Shown here: positions 10,521-21,745 of the stretch, in pieces
How the letters are laid out: the number at the start of each line of letters is the position of its first letter
Position numbering within the stretch: the stretch's first letter is position 1
NCBI GenBank assembly: GCA_047495785.1
Contig: JBLDXI010000017.1
Coordinates: 682,001-746,000 of the forward strand
Origin: Lepidodermella squamata
Lineage: Eukaryota; Animalia; Gastrotricha
Reading direction: 5' to 3'
Length of the DNA stretch: 64,000 nt
Translations under genes and position numbers: made by a program
The notes under the pieces: model-generated
The model's input: the letters and a program-made list of their open reading frames with translations, nothing else
Told to the model about the DNA's origin: nothing
The model's database searches: none

Positions 10521-11851
10521 TTAGCACTTGTACTCGCAAATGGCGCCGTCCAGCTTATTAGCCGTCGCGCAGTAGATATCATCCCAACGGCCGTCGAAAG
10601 AAATGCGGATGCACGTGCCAGTCGGTGTGCCAGCCGTACAGCCAGACCTACTCGGCTGAACATCCGGTGTCTGCGCCCAATTCGAATACGTTACAGTTGT
10701 TCCGTCTTGCCACGTGTACGGAGCCGTGGCAGTTGCAGCCTTACCACCAATCCAATGCCCGTTACAGCCCCAAGCGTTTTTACCCAGGACTATAAGAGGA
10801 GAGAGGAGAGAATTTATGAGACAGAAATACCGTAACGAAGGGTAACTTTCTAGTTGCTTTCGGCCCTAGCTAGCCATCTTAAAAGACAACAGCTGCGTTA
10901 TTTCGTTTCAAGTAACTGGATATGAAGATAGGGTCCCTTGAAGGGTCTCATTTATGAAAAATTTCAGAAAAAGCTCATTTTAGCCCTTGGGGCTTTTAGA
11001 TTCATCCCTATCGGGAGGTCACCCTTATTTTAACTTTTCTCAGAATATTTTATACTTGCATCAATGACCTTGAACTCGAAAAATGTGATCATCTGCAAAT
11101 CCTCGTAACAGTATTCCTTGAGAGTCTTACCGGCGAGTAGTGTGATATTCCCCTGTTCAGCCGCGCTTTTGATGCTGGCAAGACGGCCTCCAGCTGCCTC
11201 GCACTTGCCAAACGCTTCATCCCACGTGAAAGCTCCAGCCACCCTGAAGTACTTCGTCGCTGGATTTGCGCATTTCGACACAGCCGTAGTGGTCGGAGCT
11301 TTCGTAGTAGTAGTAGCAGCCGTCGTAGGCGCTGCTGTCGTCGGAGCCGCTGCAGGTTTAGCCGTCGATGCCGCGATCATAGCCTTGGCTGTCGTTGCAG
11401 CTGCTTTAGCTGTTGTAGCGGAAGGGGCAGCTACCCCATTGCCAACGCTATTGCCTCTAATACACCTGGCACCTTGAACGTTACCAGACCAGTTCCCATT
11501 ATCGTTGCACGTAACAGCCGCCGTGACTGCATTGTCGCTTGGAACGAATCCTGATCTGCATTGCAGGCGGATTTTATCGCCAGATTTGCCCTTTCCTGCT
11601 CGAGTGTCTCTACGGCGTCGGGGTTTGTTGTTTCTATCTTTGTCGCCACTTTTATCATTGCTTTTGTCCCCGCGACTCTTGTCATTATTCGATGAACCAC
11701 CGCCATTACCGCTCACCTTGACCCAATCACCGTCAGATACAGTTCCAGGTTCAGGGCACTCCTTAGCTTTGCTGTTGGAGCCTGCTTTATTATCAGCCGA
11801 AGCCAAATACAGGCAGCAAAGTAGTGTAGCTGCAGCTAAAATTAATTTCAT
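10521..11851 (-). CDS. Lectin B: signal peptide + Sushi/CCP domain + Ala/Thr stalk + C-type lectin (exons 11851-11131, 10789-10521)
   Basis: CPEP...LQCRSGF...TCNDNGNWS...C (CCP); FTWDEAFGKCEAAGGRLASI; a phase-1 intron leads to CNGHWIGG...WQDG...YSNW...QPS...WDDIYC...GAICEYKC*. Confidence 0.88.
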
Positions 11852-12960
11852 TGTTCAACTACTCGAAAAAAGGTTTCTGTTGAATGCCGCAACGTGAAAC
11901 CGCGAATGTCGTGCTTGGAGGATTTGGCCTGTTGTGGTGAAAAATTCGTGACCAACGGCGTCGAACAAATTTATCTTAAGGTTACAATTTCGCGCTTTTG
12001 TTTTTCAGAATTTTAATTAGCGCTGCTAAAAAAACTTCGTCGTGTGGGCGAAAGTTTCGAGAGAAGTTCGTTGGCAGCAAACAAAATTAAGAATTGGGGC
12101 ATGCGCTTATTTTTCAATCTTTAACCAACTTTTGGTACACTTCAGACTTGGTAAGGGATTAACTTTTCATTTAGGCTTAAGGCTACATTCAGCATTCAGG
12201 CTGCTTTTCTTTGACATTTGAAGTGACGCTTCTATTTGGGACCTTCTCTATTGTCTATGTAGAAGTAAAATATTATCAGTAAATACTTGGAGTTCCAAGT
12301 TCAGGAATCCTTGGGCCGATGCAAGGCCCAACTGAATCAGTGTCATTCCGCTCAAGGTTTAATCTGGGTAAAATCGTTTTATTTCCGCTTTGAATCTAGA
12401 AACGCCCACTTGCTGAAATGAGTGTCCTATACGTGATGGAGCAGTGCGTGGGGAAAAATCACGGTGACCACGCAGCTACTCAGACTGTAACCGTTCCCTC
12501 GAAATGACAGCTCGGTGATGCATTATTTAAAACTTTTGCTGGCCCATATTCGAGGGCGGAATGGTCGCGTAAGCCCACGCTACGTCTTCAAAGCTGGAGC
12601 GACTCTACGCAGTTCAAGATCGATTTTCAAAAATTACGGGTGTTTAACGCCCACCTTTAAAACATCGTCCGTTTGTAGGATTCGCGGTCTATATTATCCA
12701 CAAAGGTGAAAGAAGTGAACAAATCCGGTCCAACGTCAACACCTAAACCGAATCTCCTCCAGGATCTCTATTGCCCGGAATTTCAGAAATCAAAACTTCT
12801 TTGTGCATCAGCTGATTAATGGGAACCTTCGAAAACATTCAAAAACCTTCGAAACCTTCGAAAAATGTACACCCCAAGTTCCATTCGTTGAAATAGAATG
12901 AGGCAAAAGTTGATAGCTAAATTTTACTCGCAGAAAAAGCTGAATGCACATTGCAACTAG

Positions 12961-13394
12961 CTAATTGTTAACATTGGACCTAAACCGTCCGAGTTTGCTG
13001 CGTTGTCGCGAAGCAAATCTTTCCAGCGGCGGATCAAAAGTTGCACTGAAGCAAAGTTTTGCAAAGACAGGAATCATTTTAGCTTTCTCGCCGCCGAATT
13101 GTTGAAAGCAGTTCTTGATAGCTCGATCGCGTTTGACCGTCAAATTCAGTTCGACAAGTTTCCGCAGCATAAGGGTGACTTCGCCTGGATGAGCTGCGAA
13201 AATTGTAGCCAATTTTCTTCCTATAAAAAAGCCAACGTTTTACTTGAACGTAATTTCTCGAAAAAAGACTTACTCATTTCAGCCACTGAGAGATTTTTCC
13301 GAGTTTCAGCGTTGCTGACGGCTTCGTCGCACTGAATCATGAACCAGTGGCAAGATAGAATGACTGATATTGTGATTAATTGAAATCGGCACAT
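12961..13394 (-). CDS. Small secreted precursor, two-Cys peptide family member 1 (exons 13394-13274, 13220-12961)
   Basis: Signal-like MCRFQLITISVILSCHWFMIQC; GT-AG phase-1 intron; RRK and KR sites; paralogous to 15087-15488. Confidence 0.7.
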
Positions 13395-14744
13395 TTTCGA
13401 GCGAAAAAAAGTGTGAATGAAAAATTCCACCTAAAAAAGTACGTTGCAAGTAACCTTTCCAGTAAAATTAAAGGTTCGCGTGCTCATTTTCTCAAAGTAG
13501 GAGGGGTAATTTTTTAATGAAAAAGTGTGAAGATTTTGACGTATATTCTCCATTCTTCAAATCGAGATATTGCGTGACGTAAATTTTATATTTTTTTTCA
13601 AAAATGTGAGAGCTTTTTCGAGTGATGAAAAATTAATCTAGTAATAAATGCAAAGCGTGGGGCTTCTGGATTCGTGGGCTCTCACTCCCCGACGCCGATA
13701 CTAGGAAATGGTAGACAGCTAATTAGTGCGTTAATGGTCAGGCCAAAAGTGCGCAAAGGGTGAGTGACTAATCATAGGAAATTCGCGCCATAAATCACGT
13801 TGCTGCTAATAAGTGACAGCGGTAGACTGAACCTCGCGGTAGATGCGACGCTTTTCGACGCGCAAGATGTAGGCTGATCGACTTTCTGTCTATGCGACTG
13901 AGAATAAATCGCACATAAATCCTCCTCCTCAAACCACTGAGGCGTTGAGTGCGAATAAGATATTATACAGTAGATATGGGCATATACACAATAAACAAAT
14001 TTACATCGAATTTTGTTGATCTACTTTGATTTTAATCGACTTGTCGGAAAAATATTTATTGTTTATTCTAGATCGGGAATAGCCAAATGGTGATCGAAAA
14101 GTACCGTGACGGTGATCTAGGTAATAAATCACGCGTTTACCTACTCAAAAATCGTAATCACATGGTTTTAAATTTGAAATGACGGGTGAGCCACTCAATA
14201 GTCTTGTAAAAACTAAAAATATATGTATGTGCGATTATCGATGAACATTTTATATTCGCTAATAGAAGGCGTGGGTTTCAAGTGCATGACATATGTTTTA
14301 TTTTTATTGGCCAATTTTTCGCAATGTCGGACATTACCCAGTTTCTCCTAATCCGTGTTAAAGCCGAACAGCAGATTTTGTTGCCAGCTTTTTTTTCAAA
14401 ATAAAATCCTTCAGATTGACTATAACCTCAGGGTGTTTGAAAGGCTTATCTCATCGCATAAATTCAGTGAAAAAATGATAATAAAAAAACAGTGTCTCAC
14501 AGGCTTGATGATGAAGAGCCATGACCTATTACCAAAGTGTCATTGATTTTGCTAAAAGTATCACCTGGGGCTAGGTAGATGTCATCATGCCGGTGACTTT
14601 TTTCTTTGAGAGCGGCTTCATAGCTGTCACCGTTCTCGAGATAATTGCTCAGGTGTGACATCAGGTAAAGTCACGTGACCAAATTTACAACGGATCTTCT
14701 ACGTAATTTGGCGAGTGATAAAAATATGGAATTTTCGAATAATT

Positions 14745-14935
14745 AATCGCGACAAAATAGCAACTGCGCAAAACAGCGAGTGCGACAAAACAGCAAAAAT
14801 CTTTTATTTCGCGACAAAACAGCAAAAACTTACTATGTAAAAGATGCATTATGTTTCTGCTGTTATGTCGCAAGTAGAGCAATTTGCTGTTATGTCGCGT
14901 TTGCTGTTTTGGGAATTTGCTGTTATGACGTTCTG
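14745..14935. repeat. Imperfect foldback of GCGACAAAACAGCAAA-like units (MITE-like)
   Basis: Forward units at 14749-14830 and inverse TTTGCTGTTATGTCGC units at 14853-14930. A similar motif occurs at ~63912. Confidence 0.55.
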
Positions 14936-15086
14936 CCTTTCCTATACCAAGCATAAGGCAAAATAGGAAAAATCAGTAAAGAAAGAAAAAATTAAAACAT
15001 TTTCACAAAAACTCACAACTCTGAGGGCTTTTATTCAATTTTGTAATTAATTTAACAGAAAATGTAGATTGAACATTTAAAATTGG

Positions 15087-15488
15087 TCAGTCCTTTGACA
15101 GCTTTGACACGGTAACTCGGTTATCCAGCTTCATTTTATTTAATTGGGTTGAATAACATATTCGGGCAATAAATGGCACCAGTTTCGCAGAATTGCCGCC
15201 ATTTCTTCGAAAGCAATCTTCGATCGCTTGATTTCGAGCCTCCAACAGGCGAGCTTCAACCATTTTCTGTATCGTCGTCGCCAATGATCGGAAATCAGGC
15301 TTTAATAACAGCTCGCGAACTATTATGCCTGCATAGAATAAATATTATAAAAATTAAATATTAATTAAATTGAAAGACTTGCGATTTTTTTCCTGCCGCT
15401 GAAGATTGCCATTTTTCACGGCTTCTCCCAATCCTGGCGAAACTACTAAATTTAAGGCTGATAAAATGAATAATAATTTGAGCGCCAT
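15087..15488 (-). CDS. Small secreted precursor, two-Cys peptide family member 2 (exons 15488-15383, 15328-15087; GC-AG intron)
   Basis: Signal MALKLLFILSALNLVVSPGLG-EAV; shares AI..CF...GG..AK..P..A..C[FY]S with member 1. Confidence 0.7.
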
Positions 15489-15782
15489 AAACGAATTTTT
15501 TCAGCCGTAAATGCCTCGAAATTGTTTCTCAGCCCGTATCTAGGGTTGAAGATTTTTCAATTTTTTTTCATCAAGAGCATGTGACCACTTATGGCCACAC
15601 CCGCCCCACGTCCATTAAAGCTGTTAATTCAAACCAAATAGACTAAAAAATGAGGACTAATCAATAAACTCGTGGGATGATTTATTATTCCTCTTATCAA
15701 ATCTCTTGTCTTCTAGATAGATTCATCTACAAAGGATCGATGATTATTTTGTTAATAGTGGCAATTTGCCATTACGATGTCA

Positions 15783-16943
15783 CTATAGGAATATAATTTT
15801 CAGGTGAAAAATCGCTGCTGTGAGTCCCATTGCTATTGAAACGAAAGTAGCCGATGACTGCGCCGATACTGCTCCAGATCTTGGCAACATGTTGATACAG
15901 TCTGAAATAATGAGAAATAATGAGAATCTGAAATAATGAGATATTAAAAAAATGTAAGATCCGAGTTAAAAAATAAGAGATTCAAAAATATCTGACAAAT
16001 GGAAATTGATTAATTGTTCTTAATTGGAAAAAAATCGGAATACATTTTTGAATTTTGTTAATCGTTTGAAATTTAAGAATGATAATTTTAATTGAAGGGT
16101 TAATAAAACTGATAACTGATAGAGTGTGACCAATTTTACCGTTTGAAGGGAATGTCCAAACTCGAATGAGCTTCTTAGCCGAAAAACAGGCACGTTTCTC
16201 GAGCTCAACTTCGATTTTATTGTACTCATCATCTGACCTTCGTCTGGTATCCTTGAAAAATAGCGTGAAGGCCCAATCGGGACATTCGCCCTGAGTGCCG
16301 AGCCAAGCTTTTTTATACGTTCCTATACATTTAGCTCGCAGGAGAAATTCTTCATTTTTGGTATCGAGCAGCCAATTACTTGTCGCTAAAATAAAATAAA
16401 ATAAAAATGAATCAATAAGTAAATTTCTGGTCCCGTTTTTACTCACTTTGATTTCCCGCGACAGATAGAAAATTTCGAAGTGGATTTTTAGCGTCGAATT
16501 TCCAGCTTCCAACATTTCCTACGCATTTTTTTCTTCGAAATTGCCGCAATTAAATGCTTCGAAAATTCTCAAAACAGCACATACCCATCTTTTCCAGCGT
16601 AATACGCTATCGAGTAGTAAGGATTTTGGGTAGTTGGGCGATTGTTCCGGGTAGCATAACCGTACCAAGTGGTGTTGGCTAAAACACCCTGGTTAGATTC
16701 GACCCAAAATAGATGCTCGTACCAAATTCTCCCGAATAACTTTTTAAATCAACATAAATATTATAAAATTATTTTTAAATAACCAAATTTTACCTTATCG
16801 AGTGAAAAAGTTGCTTCCGTCTCAAATTTATTCGGATCGATGAAGGCTGATAATGTCGAATTTTCACAAGGAACACATCCCTGAATTTCCGCAGCAAAAT
16901 TGACGGCTAAAACAGCGACTAAAACCGATTTTAAGCTAGCCAT
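15783..16943 (-). CDS. Lipocalin-like protein 1 with GPI-signal-like tail (5 exons)
   Basis: Signal peptide; FSLDK-LFGRIWYE (SCR1-like); WLLDT (SCR2-like); C-terminus SGAVSAQSSATFVSIAMGLTAAIFHLKIIFL*. Confidence 0.65.
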
Positions 16944-17293
16944 TTCAGTTACCGAAAAACGAATTGAAATTGTATATCCAACGCGAGTTTCTAGGTTTAG
17001 TTGACGTTGCTAATTTACATGTTTATAAACAGGAAATATTTTGGCGCGACACTTGTCCAAATTAACACGCTGTTTACCTATTTTAGTAGGTAAACTCGGC
17101 TCCATTTTGATGTCATTTTATTTTTTGACTCATCTCATCCTTTGCATCGGTTTTTCCCCGACAAAATTAGGCACGATAAATAATCATTTTTTGGCTCCAG
17201 GACCGAGAATATATATACAGCCATGCATATTAAAAATTATTTTTTTCTCTCGAATAATCCATAGGTGTGGGGCAGTTTTTTTTATACATTGCA

Positions 17294-18423
17294 TCATAAT
17301 TGATGAGAAGAAAGAAAGAAAATGCGTGAAAAGGCTGAGATAACAACAGTGAAGAAGAAGCTTGCAAGTTCCCGGGCGGCCGCATTTGTCGATGAGGTGA
17401 TGAAAAAATTCTCGTCGTCATTGCTTGGCAGGTCGGATTTTGAATCCTCAATAATAGGCTCATCGTTAGAAATCGCGTTCGACCCAATTTCGGCTTCATT
17501 TCCAATGTGGATTGCTTTGATTTTCGACTCCTCTGGCGTAGCAAGTTGGCAATCTTGAACTAAATTTTATATTTTAAAATCGTTTAAAATTAATTCAATT
17601 AAATTTAAATTAAATTTGAATTTTATTAAAAAAAATTAATATTTAAAGAAAATAGATAAATAAAATACCGTTTGGCTTTATTGTCTGTTCGCGCCATAAT
17701 TTGAGAACTGGATAGCAGATGCTAAATTCTAGTTTCGCCTCGATTTCAGCGATTTCATCGTCACTTCGAAGCTTGGTATCGTTGAATAGCAAAGCAAAGC
17801 CCCATTGCGAACATTCATGGGCACCAGTCCATTTCGCTAGATAAGTTCCATCACAAATCGCTAGCAGCATAAAATCTTCGCTTTTCGCATCGAGAAGCCA
17901 TACGCTTGAAACTAGGAAAATAGGGTAAGATTGGGAATTTTTCGAAAATAATAGAACCTTTTTCGTTCCTGGACTCTTGCTTGATATTCCGAGGGCTGAG
18001 AGGCTTTTTCTCATTAAAATTCCATGTCGCTTGCCAATTTATACAAGCGCTTCTAAAAAATCGAGAAAAATTCTAAATAAATAAAATTTCTATAAATAAA
18101 AACTGCCCAAACCCTTGAAAAGCAGCGACCGATACCGCAGCACTCGATTCGTGCGAGCCCTGCAGCGAATATTCGCGATTCGGGCTGATTTTCATGACCA
18201 AGCTCGTCACAATCGACTGAGCTTGGGGTGTTGTATAGTAGTAATGCTCATACCACCGCGAATCGTACAGCTTTTTCGGCGAAAATGTCAGTTCAGTGTT
18301 GAAAAAATTCGGATCAATATTCGATGTCAATACAGCAGGATCGCACAGGCCTGTTGGCTGATCCGAGGCGAGGCATTCGGCCGAAATAAAAATTAATATA
18401 AAAATTTCAAGTTTATTCAACAT
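17294..18423 (-). CDS. Lipocalin-like protein 2 with acidic spacer and GPI-signal-like tail
   Basis: IDPNFF.TE.TFS, RWYEH, WLLD, RSDDE and the Cys pattern shared with proteins 1 and 3; hydrophobic C-terminus. Confidence 0.65.
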
Positions 18424-19892
18424 ATTCTGCGATAATTTCTAAAATGAATAGAAGTAAATAATATTGAAAAATTAATTAAAATTATAAGGCGTGAAAAGCG
18501 TCCCTAGCAACCAAACAACGCTCCAGCCGAATGGAATAATTTGTAATAAACAATGGGGATTTTCTAAAAAAAACGGGTAAACATTTTTTGTTATGTATCG
18601 ATAAAAATCAGTGAATAACCGGCTCTATTTCCTGTATTAGACAAGGCACCCTACCGGAAGAATTCCTTTGTGGTGAGTAATAAAATTATTATCTCTCATT
18701 GCGTTATTATAGTACAATAAAAACTATGCGCGCATCATTATTTTACATTACTAATATTAAAATTGAGTGTAATTTACGTGTGTATAACCTAAACCGGTAT
18801 ATTGCGCTTGTTACCTGTGTGCGCGCGCGCACAAAAAAGACCTGCGCGCAAGTGCGCAATACGCGATGATGCGATACAGAGCGCGCGATTATTGCTATTA
18901 TTATCATCGTTGAGAGAGCGGGTTATTATACTGCTACTACATTATTATTTTTATTTACCGGCGCACTTTCTTGACCGGCGCGGAAAACTTGGTGGCGTTA
19001 CACTACGTTTTTTTCCTTACCTATCTGCTCACTCGCTTCATTGTTGTTGAACAAGCAGCAGCTCTTTCGCCAAAAACAACAATTGTATATCGCTTTCAAT
19101 ATTCCTTAGAGCAATAGATGCCACTATATGTTGTAGGTAAAGGTTCAGAGAATGAGAAGCTTCGTTTCACGTAACTCACAGCTTGTGTTTTATTTGGCCT
19201 ATTTATATAATAAAAATGAGCCGCTTTTGGTTCATTTTCGCAGTTGTAGTGTTCTTGCGGGGTATTGCTATAACAATATTGTTATTGTAGAAGATGCTAC
19301 AAGAGTGATATTATAAGCGATTATGATAGCAATGATGAGCGCACTTTGAGCCAAGTACCGGCACCTGACAAAAAATTAGAAAATATCCGAAAAAATCATT
19401 GAAAATTATTTTTGAAAATATATTCTAGTTATGGATAAAATACGAAATAATTAGATAATTTATCCACCCTAATAAATATTTATAAAATATTATTATTGTA
19501 AAAAAGAGAGAATGTCTATAATTTCTGCCTCGGTATAACACTCCGAAGGCCGAACAAGGTGTTTGCTGTGTTATACTACTCAGTTATATAGACCGGCATA
19601 ACCTAGAACAGTAGTGCGTATAACATTTCAACTGAAGCGTTACGTATAAAAGGGGAGGGGCTCCGTTTTTTATATATAGCGCGGGTTAATAGCAAAAAAA
19701 CATCGACTCACCCTCTATGATATTACAAGACTTTTTTTATTGTTCGGTTTATTTATCCAGGCCATGAGTCGATGGCTCTTATCATTGAGGTGGCACTTCG
19801 ATATCATCCCCATCTCACCTTACCTATGTTTCCTCAAGAAGATAAATGATTGAAAATAAACATTTTTTACTAAAAAAAGTCTGCGATTGATC

Positions 19893-21123
19893 TTAAAGCA
19901 CGGTATGATATATGAAAATCAGCGCGAAAAATGACAGATGACCAGCTGTTTTCGATCGATTTCCGCCGGCGTTGTTAACAGGCGAGCATTCTGTAATAAA
20001 AATGAAAAATAAATTTCTGGAAAATTACTATTTTTCAGTAGTACCATATTTTCCGTCCTGATTACGAGAGTAGAACAGCCGTTCCCTAGCAAAGCAAATT
20101 CGATTTTCCAAAATATCGACGGCAACGCGATCGATTTCTTGCTCGCTCATCGGCTTCGAATCGGTCGTGAAATATCGAAATTGCCAATTTTCTGATTTTT
20201 CACATATCGATACTTCATTGCTGCACTGCGCGATGAGGAGTTGGCCTTCTTCTTGGCACGAGTCCAACAGCCACCATCGGCTAATTTCAACCGTCTTATT
20301 AGTCGGAAAATTTCCGATATTTACTGAAATTATGTTCTTTGGCTTGAATTTTTCTGGCTCGGTTTCGGTGAAATGCAGGGTTGTAGTCGATTTTTCACAC
20401 CTGGGACCTGAGCCCTGAAATGTGATCCGACCGCTTGGTTCCGCTGTAGTCACGTGATATGAAGCGAAAGGTTGGCTGAAAAAATGCGAGGAGTTGGAAC
20501 CAGTTGGCGCCCATCTTGCTTGCTCGTACCAGGATTTTCCTCTCAACTTGGAAAACATTAAATAAAATTTAAAATACATTTTTGAAAAAATTGGAAAAAA
20601 TAATTAATTAGGAAGAAATTGAAAAAAATTAATTAATTAATTAAATATTATTGCGCAAGTAATTTATTACCTTATTTGAGCAATAGGACTCGCTATGAAT
20701 AAAAAATCGCGGATCAATTTTTTGGTTTATGGAGCACTGGGCCCTCCGAACAGGCCTCGGAGGTTCCGAAACCGTCGTTGCCGCGAGATTTTTCGTTAAT
20801 TGATCGTTAGTCTTGACCTCATCCACCGTCACAGTCTCAACAAATTCTGATTCAGTTGTCGACTCCAGATCATCCGGGTTGGATATTAGTGTTGTATTCG
20901 GGAGACCAGTAGTGATATTGGCTGATTTTTGGGTCGTAGTTTTTGGCCGTCGTCTAGTCACCCTACCCCGCTTGTTTGTAGCTGAGGTTGTCAAATTATC
21001 GCTTGACACCGATTTCGTGACATTATCGGCCGATTTTATTGAATTATCACCCTGGCCAAGACTGAATCTAGTCAAGCAAAATCCATGGAAAGCAATAATT
21101 ACTAAAAAATTAAAGAGTCGCAT
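19893..21123 (-). CDS. Lipocalin-like protein 3 with N-terminal Ser/Thr-rich region and GPI-signal-like tail
   Basis: IDPRFF, LRGKSWYEQ, WWLLDS; last exon ECSPVNNAGG...HLSFFALIFIYHTVL*. Confidence 0.65.
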
Positions 21124-21322
21124 TTTTTGGTATAATAGCCGTCGGCAGCAAGATGTAAATATATTCCTAATAGCTGAGGCTAGTAATAAATTTATAAAAA
21201 AAATCCGAGACCAGGTGGGACCTCAGAACGCATTTACCTGGCTCCACCTTGGCCACACCTGGTAGTAATAAAAATATCAAAAAATCTGATCCGCGTCGGG
21301 ACTGGTGTTAATCTAGAGATTT

Positions 21323-21604
21323 ATTCCGAATGACTCATTATTAGCAAATTATCAATTTTTCTGTATTTTTCCAAAGCCTGCGCGAAAAATAATTTGTTTC
21401 AAAAATATGACTATAATATTCAGATTGTCCTTGGTAACTAGGGCGAATTTTCAGCAGACATCATCGCAATTTTAACCACATCAATTTTCAACTTGGGTTT
21501 TGCATCTCTGGATTTTATGTAACGATTTTCTGCTAATTTTTGCGATATCAACGAGTAGGCCTGTTTTTGCCGTGAAGTTACAGATTCAAATCCGGTTTTT
21601 CTGA
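21323..21604 (-). pseudogene. Duplicated fragment of the 3' end of C1GALT1-like gene 1
   Basis: Direct, diverged repeat of 24710-25009 (e.g. GCCGTGAAGTTACAGATTCAAATCCGGTTTTTCTGA is identical). Confidence 0.8.
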
Positions 21605-21745
21605 TGTATGAAGAATGAAGACAAATGAGCTATCAATATCTTGGGTCAAATGGGAATCTTTATTAGCCCAAAGATCAATATTCACATCAATCAATCAATC
21701 AAGCATTACGAGCGGCGTATGATGAGCGACGAATGACTTTCAATA

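Noticed and set aside
18590-19790. Possible Helitron/MITE with GCGCGC patches and a CATCGACTC/GAGTCGATG hairpin
   Set aside because: Could not define termini or a TSD with confidence.
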